Part shown: piece after piece, positions 13,780 to 26,521 of the stretch
How the letters are laid out: every line of letters begins with the position of its first letter
Numbering within the stretch: position 1 is the stretch's first letter
Assembly (NCBI GenBank): GCA_973895155.1
Contig: OZ316898.1
Coordinates: 6,745,079-6,809,078 of the forward strand
Source: Marsupella aquatica
Lineage: Eukaryota; Plantae; Marchantiophyta
Direction of reading: 5' to 3'
DNA: 64,000 nt
Translations under genes and position numbers: made by a program
Notes under the pieces: generated by a model
Told to the model about the DNA's origin: nothing
The model's database searches: none
The model's input: the letters and a program-made list of their open reading frames with translations, nothing else

Positions 13780-14310
13780 TTATTCAATCCAACCTTCTAA
13801 GCAAGGAATTTTTATGGAGTGGATCCCATCAATTGTATTCAAGTGGAGCCTTGTTAATGAGAAATTCCAAAGGTCTCTTACGCTTCAATCTATTTAATCA
13901 AATTGTCTTGATCAATGAGGGATTTTAAAGGTCTGAGTCCCTTCAATTCTATTCAATCAAAGTGACTTCTCAGGACTACTTTAAAGGTCCCAGTCCCTTG
14001 ATTCTATTCAATCAAAGTGTCTTCTAAAAGAGGACTTAAGGTCTCAATCCAATTCTGCCACATTCAATTGAAGTGCCTTCTAGACAGGAAATCTAAGCTT
14101 GGTTCTAAGGTCTCAGTCCATTCAATTCCATTCAATCAAAGTGCCTTCTCAATGACAAATTTTAAAGGTCCCAGACCCCTCAATTCTATTCAATCAAGCG
14201 TCTTCTAGAAGAGGAATTCCTGAGATCTCAATCACTTCAATTCTACTGTATTCAACTGTAGTGCTTTCTAAATAATGAATTCTTAAGGTCTCAATACCTT
14301 CACTTCTGTG
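13780..14310. repeat. Degenerate tandem repeat array of about 57-60 bp units
   Basis: Recurrent 'aaggtctcagtcccttcaattctattcaatcaaagtg' variants. Confidence 0.7.
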
Positions 14311-16470
14311 CAAGCAAAGCCCATTTTTCCTTGCTCCACATGCTTGACAACAGAAATGGGTTTCTAGTCTAGTTTTTGTAGATTTGCAAAACTTTCCGTT
14401 GCAGGATGGGTTCTACCATTTTCCAAATTTCTATTGTAGCTTGAGGGTTTTAGGGTATCTTGATCATTTCCAAAAAATTGATCATGGAAGGAGAAGGGCA
14501 TTGGCATTTAGCGGGGCATTCCAGCCCCAATTTCAGTGATCACTCCATGCTGCCTTTGTTTCACACTGACACAAGTTCTGAAAGTTGCAATAGGGGCAAA
14601 TGGCCCAAAGTAGAGGATCCCTGGTCCCTTCCACTTAGAAAGCACTGGGGATGCCTCGTGGAAGAGAACATGGATGTTGTCTTTGTTCCACACTTGGAAA
14701 ATATTTGAATGTTGCAACAAGGACAAACAACCAAAAGTAAGGGATCGTTGGTTCATTCCATACTCAGACAGTTTTGTGACTTGGCTGTTAGAAGACCCAT
14801 TGACAGAACCAACATGGTGCAGAACAAGGTACAAAAACAGAATCCACACTAGCCTCCTTTATGGTTGCAACACAGTTGACCTCAATTTTCATAGTTGCTA
14901 TTATTGGTGATAGTATGAAGCAAAAAATAATAAGGACTGTTAGAAGCACATCTGATACAAAAGTGTCAGAGGGGTCCTAGTTTGTAACCAAATTTATTTG
15001 GGGGCTTATCACATAAACTATATCTAAGAGGGATCACATCAAGCATATGCCTCCAAGAAGTGTATATAGTTACTTGCAAACTCAAGAAACTTGTGTGTGT
15101 GCTTGTTGTATGTGACTCCCACAGTGCCATCTTGGTTGTCACAAAAATAATGAATTATTAAACTTGTGAAACCTAGAAAGAATTTTTCTTGTGAATTTCA
15201 AGAATGTTCTAAGCATCCTAGTGTAAAACACTAAATTTTCAGTGTACACCCTGTCTTTTAAATTAAAATATGAAAATGCAAGAATATTCTGGCCTTGCAT
15301 TTTTACTGAAATGCAAAATATTTCATGTTTATAACAAGTCCTGACTTAACCAGGATGGCCCTATGGGATGCACAATCCAGTGAAAGGCTTTTTATGGCAT
15401 AAACTCGTGGTCACCAAACAAGGTTCCTTATTGGCAGTCACCCTTCACAAGAACAAAAGGGACAGCTATCCAAAACTTGTTCAGCAAAAGACTTGATGGG
15501 GCCCCTCTAGCAAAACATATCCCAAACTAGTCCCTCACTTTTCAAATGGATTTCCTGGGGCCCTTTGTCCCTGTAACCCTTCCTTATCACCTGTGATTCT
15601 AACGTCACAGATAGAGCTATGTACGTCAGTGCACCGGGGTACTCAAGTATTTTTAGTGTAAACTTGTTTGAAAATATCTATATAGAATAAGTACTTATTA
15701 CTTCTTTCCTGTCACTCCCGTATTCATTTTATTCTTGTTTTGAAATACTTCTGCACATAATTCAAGTAGTACTTACTGTCTTTATTTATTCTTGCCTTTT
15801 TTATAGTACTCATGCGTGACGGTACTTCTCCAAGGATTGTCTTGCGTGAGGTTTACGTAAGGTGTAGCAATGGTTTTGAGTGCTATCTGGGTGCTAATTT
15901 TTAAAGTTGTATCATGTAAATAAATCATATGGGGACTCAATAATTCTTTGATGCTATTTTTGCCAAAGGTTTTTTGGAAATAGATCACATCAGACTTGAG
16001 CATTTATTTGGTGTTATTCTTGTGAAAGGTATTTTTAGATGTAAATCACAACTGATGTGAGCACTTAGGTAGGGTATTTCAGGCAATTTACACAATGCCA
16101 CTTACACATTCAAACATGCCTACTTCAAAAAGTATTACCATTTCAGTGGCGTCACAAAAACTAACTTGACAATGCCACTTGCAATTTTTATTCTTTAGCT
16201 TAGTACACAAGGCATCAATTGAATTCACAAGGCATTAACTGAATTCACAAAAATGAGCATAGAGCATGCACATAGTAACAAATGTAAAAACAATTAAACC
16301 GCCTTAAAAGTCCCAGCCAGCTCATTGTTGGTGCAACAACACAAAATTTGCTATCAAAAATCATACTGCAATTCGTGTCTCTTTGCTTACTCAAAATGAC
16401 ACTAAAATTCTCCAGTTTGAGTGCGACACTCTCTGGTCACCAGTCCAATCTGTAAAAAAACTACATCGAA

Positions 16471-17363
16471 CACTATAATAGGCAATGCCGCCAATTTTGT
16501 CCTTCGTCCAGTTACAAATTTCAATTTCAGCGGGAATCAATACTGACCGTTAGATACACACATCATATTTTTTTGTGTCCGTCCGATTCACTTGCCAGGG
16601 CTCTTGAATTGTCTCGCGTCGTCATCTTCAGTCTTCGTCGTCGGCGGAGCGAGAATCGGATGGGAGGGCCTGGGGCCCAGTAATCAAGTGCCCCTTCAGC
16701 ATAGGGCCTCAGGCCCGTCACAAACCCGACAAAGACACATGGGAGCCCGAGACGAAGAAGGGCGAGGGGGCATTCAGGTGTGAGCAGGGGCAAGGAGGGC
16801 CCAAAGCACTATGCGCGAGCCAGGAGGGGAGGGGAGGTGAGGCATCGGGAGGGGGGAGAGCTTTAAATGCTCCCTCCCTTTGGGGGCACTTCATTACTGG
16901 GCAAGCAGGGGCGAGGGCCCAAAGCCCTATGCGCAAGCCAGGAGGGGAGGCGAGGCAGTGGGAGGAGGGGAGAGCTTTAAATGCTCCCTCCCTTTGGGGG
17001 CACTTCATTACTGGGCCCAAGGCCCTATGCTGAAGGACCGAGGAGGAGGTGCGAACAGGGGCAAGGAGGGTCGGAGGCCCTATGCAGGAGGGGAGGAGGA
17101 GGTGGGGCTAGGCAGAGTCGGGTCGGGGGGTTTTGCCGGGCCGGGCGGACCGGGAGGAGTAAACAGGGCTGCGGGGAGGGCCGGGCTGGGTCGGGCTGTG
17201 CCAGGAGTGATGCCGGGAGCTGTAGGGAAGGGCCAGGAGGTCATGGCCAAGCCGGGACAGGAAGGGCCAGGAAGTTGAGATCGGTCGGTCGGGACGGTCC
17301 GGGTGACGAGTTATCGGTAATGGACTCTAAAGCCTCTATTTGGCGGCATTGCCTATTATATTG
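16471..17363. mobile_element. Non-autonomous CACTA (En/Spm)-like DNA transposon with a GC-rich interior
   Basis: Left TIR CACTATAATAGGCAATGCCGCCAA (16471-16494) and right TIR TTGGCGGCATTGCCTATTATATTG (17340-17363) match at 23/24. There is an internal tandem duplication of about 120 bp (about 16795-17030). No clean 3-bp TSD. Confidence 0.7.
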
Positions 17364-17765
17364 TTAGATATCACCTCAAATGTGAGCTCATTTTCATATC
17401 ATTTGTTCTCCTTGACATATTTTTTCCCCTCTAAATCTTTTTCTCATTTCAACATTTTTATCCCCTCATATCTTTTCTCTCCTCATATCTTTTCTCGCCA
17501 CAATATCTTTTTGCTCACCTCGACATATATCTTCTCTCTCCTCGACATGTTTTATCACGTTGACAATCATCTTTTCTCTCCTCAACATCTTTTTTTCTCT
17601 CTTTGACATCTTTTATCACCTTGACATCTTTTGTTCACCTTGATATTTTCTCTTCTCAACATATTTTATCACCTCAACTTCTTTTGCTCACTTCGACATC
17701 ATTTTTCTATTCGACATCGTTTATCATGTTGATATCTTTTGTGCAACGCACGGGCATGGGGCTAG
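17364..17765 (+). mobile_element. Helitron 3' terminus with subterminal minisatellite
   Basis: Typical plant Helitron end: hairpin GTGCAACGCAC-GGG at 17741, then CTAG (17762-17765) followed by T. It is preceded by degenerate 'tcttttctctcctcgacat' repeats. Confidence 0.7.
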
Positions 17766-18518
17766 TAGACATTAAAGACTACAAATACATGGAAAAATAC
17801 ATCCAGGGAGTACACCTGATTGACTGACTTACATAGCTCTACGTACGATGTTGGAATTAAACAAGTCTAAAATGATCACACAGGTCATGAGGGAGGGCTG
17901 CGGGGACAAGGGGCCCAGCAAGTCCATTTGAAAAGTGAGGGACTCCTGAGGGATATGTTTACCTAGAGGGGCCCCATCAAGTCTTTCGCTGAAGTATTGT
18001 TGCCCCCTCCAATGGAGGCCCATCAATGGCACTTTTCATTTTCTGGGCCATTAATATATCTTTATCTGGAATGTTGAAGTGATTATTGGAGAACAACCTT
18101 AGACACTTATCTAGTCAGCTTGTGAATTTCCTGGATATTTCTGGTGAAAGGCCTTGTGGGTCCCTTGGGACAAAAGTATCCTTGGAAGGCTCACAAGTTC
18201 ATGGACCGGGTGAGACCGTGTCACTGTGTGTTCTTGTGTGTGTTCTTGTGTGATGTGGTTGGTGACCATAACATGGGTTAGGGTGGGGATTGGGGCTTCA
18301 CAAGAACTTGACAGACACTTGTTGGTTTTCTAGACTGAGAGTTCATCCCAGGTGTTAGTTAGTGTGACTGATCTGTAGAAGAGTTTTGGCAGTTGTTGTA
18401 GCTCAGGTTTGCCCTAGCCTACATGGGAGTTGGTGGGTTGCAATGAATATTGTCACCTGCTTATCAAACGACTAACACAACAAGCACCACATGGTTCCAC
18501 TAAAAATTGTTTGTATCG

Positions 18519-21500
18519 TATGACGGGGACGTGGAGGGACGCTATATGGGTCAATTTCCTACTAAGGAGAGTAGATTCGTTTCCGCTCCCGGAAATGTAT
18601 TTTTTGATCAAGTCTATCGACTATACATACTCTGCTTTTGATCAAGTCTCGTGGACTACCTTGTTTCTACTCCTCCTGGCCTTTGGCAAAGTGCTGTCAC
18701 CACTTTCCCACTCACAGGGTCGACCAAGCCATGTAAGTTTCTCTAAATACTCATACTAGGGGAAGAACACAATCGTGCAACCAAGAGAGAAAACAACACA
18801 CAAGAAGTCATGAGAATCCAACCGAATCCATATCTATTAGTGGCCAAGGTAACACATTGCATGGGCAACCCGGTCTCCTACCGTCTACCCAACTCCTGCC
18901 TCACGGGACAATGACCCCTCTCCACCTCAATACTCCGGATCAATTCCCTACTCTTGTTGAAGGCTAATCCTCACAAAAACAACACTAGACTGAGTTCCCC
19001 CCCTTGCTCCTACCGCGGGCTGCTGGTTAAATACTGAAAACAACAATGCGTGAACACACAAGCCCTAGTGTGTGGCGGCGGCCACTGCCCTGGCTGGCCG
19101 CCATCCACTGGCGGCGCCGCTAACCTAAAAGTTTTCTACACATGCGGCACACACATGCACCCCTAATCCTATTGCTACCTAAGTGAGGCCAACAGTGCCT
19201 TCGTCGGGCATCACACCAACTAAACAAAACTAGACTAATGTCCTATATAGGCCATGGCCTACCTTCCTACTACGGGGCGGCCAACGCCTCCCACTACTCT
19301 GGCCATCGAAATAGCCGAAAGTAAAAGTTAATCAAAATCTGGTCCTGAGAAATTTTAGGAGTAGCCACGGCCATCCTGATCGTAACCCTCAAAACAGCTC
19401 CCAAAATGGACATCCGACGCCCAAGATATGGCCTACCGAGTCCCAAACTCTACCCTGGCCATCGCCGCATCCAAATAGTCCGTACGGTCCCGGCCCCCAT
19501 CGCGACATCAAATTGAGGTACCCTGGCCATGGCCACATGCCCTGACTTGGCCGGGTAACTCTCCTGAGGGTTGTACGGACTTCCGTACGGCGTCGGACCC
19601 TAATTCTTCACCAAAACGCTCCAGTTCGTATCTCTCTCATTTTAACTCCGTTTGAGACGTGTCTTACATCGTTAGATTAAGCTCGACGAGCTCCTTCCAA
19701 TAAGCCCATGAGTTGGCCAGTTGGACATGTTCCCAAAACCAACCTCCGTACGGTCAACATCCGTACCACTACTAATCCTCCTCGGACTCACTTATGGTAC
19801 CGGGGCTCCATCCCCGAGAGTCATCACTGGCCTCACTGCCCCCTTGGGTAGATGCAACACCTCCTCCCCTACTCTTCCCCGGGGTGGCCCTTCCCGACGT
19901 TTGGCCCGAGGTTCCTTGCTTCCGTAATGCCGCCAAAGCCTGCCAAGCCCTGATGTACCCGTGACCGATGGTGTCCTTCCACAATGTTGTCTCCTCATCA
20001 CCCCGAAATTCCAGTGGCAAGACTTGGCCCATGGCCATGGGAGTTCCCGGGGTCATCGACCTAGGTGGCATACCAGCGGTTCCCTGGCCAGACATTGCGT
20101 TCCTTAGTGCTTTGCGGGTTGACTTCAACTTACTCTCCAGGCTCTTGCACTCCTCCTTGTCCTTCTTGGCCGCTTCCAACATTGGCCCGTAAGTCTTGGT
20201 TACTTCGATGACCACTGCATCAATGGCCTTGGCCAACATCTCTAGCGAGGCAACGGGAGTAACACCGGGTGGATAGGGCTTCTTCCTCTTCCCTAGACTC
20301 AGGGCGTCGGCTCTCTTGGCCCTTGTCTCATAAGCACTCACCTGGCCGCGCAACTCTGAAATCTGCATTTTGAGGGCATCCACGCCCTTTTCGGCTTGCT
20401 TCATCGTTACCAGCTCCTTCCTCAAAGCAACTACTTCCTCGGCCTCCTTGGCCTTGGTGGACAGGGCTCCTTGCAAGTGGCCAACTTGGTCATAGGCTTG
20501 CTTCAACAACCTACTCCTCTCTTGAATACTCTCCTCCTTGGACAGTATGACCTCCTTCAGCGCCTTGTGCCCAACTTGCAAGGTGGCCACCTTAGCATTG
20601 GCCCTACTCAGAGCCCACTTCATGGCTTTGCACAATTGCCAGCCCTCATTAATAGCATCACGGTACTCCTGCAATTCCGCCAAGTATACCTCTGGAATGT
20701 CATACACAATGGGCTCATCGGGATTACTAATCAAGGACTCCAACCATTGCATGGTAAACTCTTCATCCATATCCTCCTCTTCGTCCGGTGCCCCCTCCAC
20801 CACGACATCAGTGGCCAGCTCCTTGGTGGAATCCGTGGTCAAATTCTGCACGATGGTGGTGGCAATCTTTCGTAAGACGGTGGGGAAGGAGGGCAATACT
20901 CCTTCCTCTGGTTCGGGAACTGAGATGAGTCCCTCCATCCTGTTCAAGAGAAATGACCCAAGAAAATGGATGATTCCTCCAGGTTTGTGGCCTTTGGGAT
21001 CTGCGGTCAGCATTTTCCTCAAACCAAACACCCACCATCCGTTTGTGTGCTCCGGGTGCTGCTTGATGTCCAATGCAATGGCCAAGTGTTCCCCTGTAAT
21101 TATACTTGATTGCACCTGGCTGAGTATCCGTTGATGGACCTTTCCAACAAAACCCCTGAGCGCTGGGTCCTTGAAGGATGCAAGGGAAATGTGTACCATA
21201 GAGGTAGCCTCCTTCACGTACATGGCCAACTCTTCCAATGTGAGTGTCCCTGGTGGCTCCATGGGTAGAATGTCAGGTCCTGGTTGTGCAACATCAGCAA
21301 CCGAGTCAATTCATCATGAGGGAGGGTGCGCTTGATGCATGCAAAGTACAATCCATCATCCCGTAATTCCATCCCATCCTTAATCTTCCAATGCCTATCC
21401 ACTGGAGCACGCATGTCCACTCGCATTAAATTGATAATCCCGGTGGATTCAAACAATTCACGGCTATCGTCCAGAAGCTTGGCCAATGTCTTGGGGTATG

Positions 21501-23190
21501 AACGTTGTTGAGTCCTTCGTGACATGGGTGCTTCACTGGTCCCTGACATTGTGGCCCTGGTTGCCAATTTCTCTTCTTCTTCTCTGGCTAGCTGCAAAGC
21601 GATGTACTCCCGGTAGGCTGCCTTGTATCTCCTAATGCGAGCGTTGGTGAACTCAGGTCTGTCTTGGGATCTCATCCACCCCACTCCCCCTCAAGAGCAC
21701 AACCGGTGACCGATTCCTGTTCCTCAATTCCCAGAGCTTGGCCTCGTGCAGCCCCCGTACCCAACCACGATAAAATAAATCAGGTTCCCTCTCCGAGTCC
21801 TTGTCAATCCCCACTCCAGCTCACTCCATGGCCGCGCTCAGAATCACTCAAGGAAAATAGAGGTAGAACATGGCACAAAGAGGAAGGTTGATGAGGAGAG
21901 AAAATGAGTTTCGGCAATGAGTGAGGAGCGCAAAAAAAACTTGAGGAAAGGAGTTAGAAATGAGCGACTTAAATAAGTCGCTCCTCCCCCCAAAATTTTC
22001 TCCTAATGGCCGGGGTCTCCACCGAGGCTTTGAAAATCCTCTAGGATATGGGGGCTTTTATTAGCCCCTCCTCACCTACTCGCCTCCTCCTTCAGGGTGC
22101 GGACCCCCATGGCCGAGGCCTCCCCCCAAGTGCGGGGAGCCTCCAAGCTTGGGGAGTCTTTAAGACTCCTCCCCCTGCCTCGCTTGTACCTGCCCTGCCC
22201 CAGAATTTGGGGGCTTTTATTTGCGCCTCCCCACCAGCTTCCTTGTACCTACGCCTCCAAATTAGGGGGATCCCCCTGGGATCCAGGCCAGGGACCTTTA
22301 ACTGCCTCCCCTCCCCCTTCGAACCTTCTCCTCCAGGGTTTGGGGCATTTTAATTCCCTTCCCCCTTCCTCCTTACATGCCTGCTCTCCCAAGGTTGGGG
22401 CATTTATTACTCCCCTCCCCCTCGCTTCGCCCTTTTGCACTCCCTCTGGCGAGCGCCCCTATGGGCGCCTTTATGGCCGACCCCCCTGGTTCGTGCTTTG
22501 GGGCCCGGCGCCCTATGCTCGCTCCCTTATGGCCGAGGCCTCCCCTTTCTTTGCCCCTTCGCACACCCTTTGGCACGCGCCCCTATGGGCGTCTTTATGG
22601 CCGACCCCCTTTCGCGCAGGCCTCCTCTTGGCTGGCTCCCTTCTCCCGGGCCTCCTGCCCTTGGCCAGCTTCTTTGGAAAGGGGAATTTAACCCCCCTTT
22701 GTGCCCCTATAAGCTAAGGCCGGGCCTCCCCTTGGCCGGCTCCCTTCTTCGGCCCCCTGGCTTGCTATGGCCAGATCTTTTTGGCCGGGGCTAATTTGTG
22801 CTAGGGTCCGTGTTGCTGACCAGGGCACCTCATGCGGCGCTTGGCCACTAACTCCTTCGACCGGCCCCATGCACAAATACTAGGGTTGGTGATAAAAATG
22901 TAAAGCTAGATAATCCCCCTACTCCAGCATGGAATGGCAATAGGGCACATGCCTTGGCCCGGACCGGCCAGCGGCCAACCCCCCCTACTCTGAGGCTTGG
23001 CCCGATAACTAAAATTAAGAGGACCTGGAAAAAATATCACTACTTACCTTATCTATATTGCGCATAAAGTATTGTTGGCAAGGTTGTAAAAGAAAAAAAA
23101 AGAAAAAACTTGACACAAATCTATTTATTTACATGTGTGCATCACTACTACCCTTTAAAATCATTCCTTGGGACCATTGGCCCCGTCACA
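18519..23190 (-). mobile_element. Putative large solo-LTR or Gypsy-derived segment of about 4.7 kb carrying an accessory ORF
   Basis: Inverted termini T(A)TGACGGGG (18519) and CCCCGTCACA (23190). A Gypsy-LTR-like motif 'ctctcattttaactccgtttgagacgtgtcttacatcgttagattaagctcgacgagctc' lies at about 19630-19695, and there is a GC-rich hairpin block at 22030-22850. No gag/pol and no clean TSD. Confidence 0.4.
19772..21684 (-). pseudogene. TE-associated orphan coding sequence of about 640 aa split by one frameshift near 21265. Acidic patch followed by a long coiled coil.
   Basis: Overlapping ORFs 21684-21214 (156 aa) and 21262-19772 (496 aa) join with a 1-nt shift at ...LTFY/PMEPPG. Heptad-rich C-terminal half (KALKEVILSKEESIQERSRLLKQAYDQV...). 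Confidence 0.6.
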
Positions 23191-23249
23191 AATATCCATA
23201 GGTACACTCTATTTGTGGCCAAAGTGTGATCCAACTCCTCTCTAGAATC

Positions 23250-24650
23250 AGGTTGAAAACTGGTCCACTACTTCTGGTCTGGGAAATGTATGACTGCCCA
23301 TCCAATAGTTCTTGTAAGCCCCGTTACGGTGCAATGTTAAGGTAAGTTTTGTTGCTATGGTAGATGTGGCTGGGCAGGAGTTTAGGGGGTCAGAAGATAT
23401 CATTGCACTATATGTATGCCACTGCTGCAACTGCGAACGGCTCTTTCAAAAGTGCTATTATAGTTGACACGTGCAGAACTCTGTAGAGTTTTTCAGTGGG
23501 GTTCAAGTTACGCCACAAATTAAAATGCAAACTGACACTGATGTCACCAAGTTCCATCAACTTGGGGCCTACTTGAGGACTTTTTTTGTCCAAGGGATTG
23601 TATGAAGTCTTTCTCTTACTCTCAAGTCAAACACTAACAATCACCAAACTTGCATGGGCACAATGGGCTGAACAATATGGTTTTGACAATAAAATAGACA
23701 ATATAGTTTCCAATGTGGACTGGGGCCATTTTATATGACATAGTGTCTTACAATAAATTCAGGGGGGCCCATCACTTCAACTCGACTAAAGTTCAGTCCT
23801 CCATCGCTTCCATGAACTCAGTTTGAAGCTGCACCATTTTCTGGATTTTTTGTACTACTACTAGGTTCCCCCAACCGAGCCCCCAACGGTTCAGAAGTTC
23901 CTATGCTATTCACCTTCTCACCGGTACCGTGATTAGTTTTTGGCCAAAACTCATATGCCAATGCCAACTGTCTTTCCTCCTCCCTTTTGATTGTAAGTTC
24001 CCAGGTAATACTTGCACCACCATTTCCCAATATTTCACCAAAGGAAGCCTCTCTTGATATGTTGCAGAGGTCTCATCCTTACAACTCTTCCTCAAAATCT
24101 CAATGTAATGATTAAGGAATGGGATGATACCTTGCCTTGTACATCCCAGAAGATGGGTTTTGTTGGTGGTTGACCTTTTGGTAAAATTCTCAGAGCATCG
24201 GTATTGGGATCAGTTCTCCAAATGGACTTTCTGGTTAAAGGGTACCAATGTTGTTTAACATGTGCTTTGTATTGATAGATAGGAACATTATCTCTCACAG
24301 AGAAAAGAAATGCCACTAGTTTTGAGTGACCCTCCATGTCATTTATCTTGAAGTCTTAAAAAACTCTTTCTAGACTGCAACCTCTTGAATCAATCATGGC
24401 ATGGGATAAATGCTTTCACACTTCCAAACCTTAGCCATCAACCCCGGGAGGGTAGAAACCTCCTTGTGCTTCACTTAATTGGATACTTTTAAAGACAATG
24501 CATCATCCTCGTGGGTATGACTAACCTTGAGAAGTGATATTTGCATTGTTTCAAAGACCCCTCTACTAACAAGCTCACTGCGAAATGTCATCGCGTACTG
24601 GGTTTTATTCCCTTTCCTCGAATTATCCATTTGCAACATTAGGTGCCTTG
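23250..24650 (-). pseudogene. Decayed DUF7869/Sola-like DDD transposase
   Basis: Minus-strand translation of about 24640-24495 gives LMLQMDNSRKGNKTQYAMTFRSELVSRGVFETMQISLLKVSHTHEDDAL. This matches the family motif LQxDNxxxENKN...LVxxGVF...FLxVGHTHEDID. Downstream is 'FLFSVRDNVPIYQYKAHVKQHWYP', with many stops and frameshifts. Confidence 0.65.
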
Positions 24651-26521
24651 GCAATGGCTTAAAAGAGCTAGTAGCTCATTAACCCTCCACAGGCTAGAAG
24701 ATGAAAGGCTCTAGTAAGTGTCCCAATTCCCCAGAAGACGTGAGCTCGGACGTGAGTTCTACTCTTGGGGAGGAAAACATGCCCCAAATAGTACATATGA
24801 TTTTTTTGGGGCACATGCCACACAAGGATTAACTTCTACATGGGACAATATTTCTTAGAGGATCTCCAAGTGCACCCACAGTAGGTATAAGGGGATATTT
24901 TCACCAGCACCCAGGAACAAAAAGTTGAGTGGACACACGGTTGAAGATGCCCTCAGTAAAGTTCTTGTTAGGAATTTTGTCGGTTCAAGGGGAGAAATTT
25001 GTTAATTCTGGGGACAATGTACCTCCAAGATTATGAACTTATCAAAGTCAAGGGAAATTATATTTCCCAATTTGAACACTTTCACAATCAAGAATTTCTT
25101 GATGGGGGTGTAAAATCAAACTTGGTCCTTGATTGGGTGCTAAAGACAACACCAGATCAGAGCATTTCCAAGCTCAGTGTACACCATCTCAAATCAGTTC
25201 TTAAAGTAAAGCCCCAATCATAAATACTCAAACCCCGACTCGATCAAACCCCCAAAAAGAGGTAGCCCGATATCTGAAGGGAAGGGAGATGCACAAGATA
25301 TTGCAAAAGTGAAAACTACAGTATTTCAGAGGCTGAACCCATAGGGTGCTTTATTAGGGTTGGGTTGCCCACTGAAGAGGAGGGCCATGAACATTATGCA
25401 ACATCTATATAGAGATACATAAGATGTTGAGGAAAAAACCATTTGAGGTCCTTCATCTATAGGCCACAAGAAAGCCTTACCCCCCTCACCTCTCTGAGTG
25501 CTAGAATTTCATTATTGTGGGTGGGAAATTAGTTTTTTAACAATAAGAGAGGAATTATGCTTATCTCCGCTAATTCAATCATGTTCATAATTATAGAAAA
25601 CATTTTAACATTAGTTTTTCTAGTGAAGGGAGGAAGAATAGTGTGCTCTATCTAATTTAGTTAACTTTCTAGGGTGTACCAGAATTTTGAACAATTTGCA
25701 TTCCACATAGATCTTATAAGATTTCTATTTGCTCAAAGATACTTTCCAACTTCCTCAAGGTGGTTTCAAAAAAGTCATACATTTGAGGCAAAACTTGTGG
25801 TCCATATTATTTATCGACAAGACTTCTTTGTCTCAATGTCAAGTGGCAAGTCAAGATATGATCTCGGGGGTTTCACTTCCACAAAAATGGCACATCACGT
25901 GCAACAAAGAATAAAATTGTTTCATTGGTTCTAAGGGAAGACTTAAGAGTTTTCTCAAAAAAAAACAATGGGGTCCTTTAAATCTAATTTTGAGACTTAT
26001 AAGAACATTAGGGTTTTTTAAATCTAATTTTTGGAATTTTTCTTTCCAAGAATATTCTAACTTTATAGGCGTACAAAATTCTTACATTTTAAGAGGCCTG
26101 ATGCCTAAAAACATTTCAGGTGAGGGGGAGGCCACCATATAGTGAGGCCCGCAAGGATATGATTCATAACTCTTCAGATTATGGTGATGGTCATCTATGC
26201 TTTACTGAGCAACAACTCTAATAGACCTAGACATTTTTAAGGCATTTCAATGCTTCATGGATGTGCATTCCAAACAATTGCCATCATGACGCAGTGTGAG
26301 TCTTCAAAGCACAATAGCTGACAAGAGTATGAGAGAATATGATTTGAATGGTGTGAATTTTTGGCAGAGAATGGGAAGATCCCACCATTTATTTGCAAAT
26401 AATCTGCATACCAAGACCCTCATTTCTGAACATGGAATCTCTAATGTTTTCTCCTGAGCAGGCTTGCTTCCAATGTTGAATTCTAACTTTATCTCTAAGT
26501 CCCAATGACCTGAGATATATC

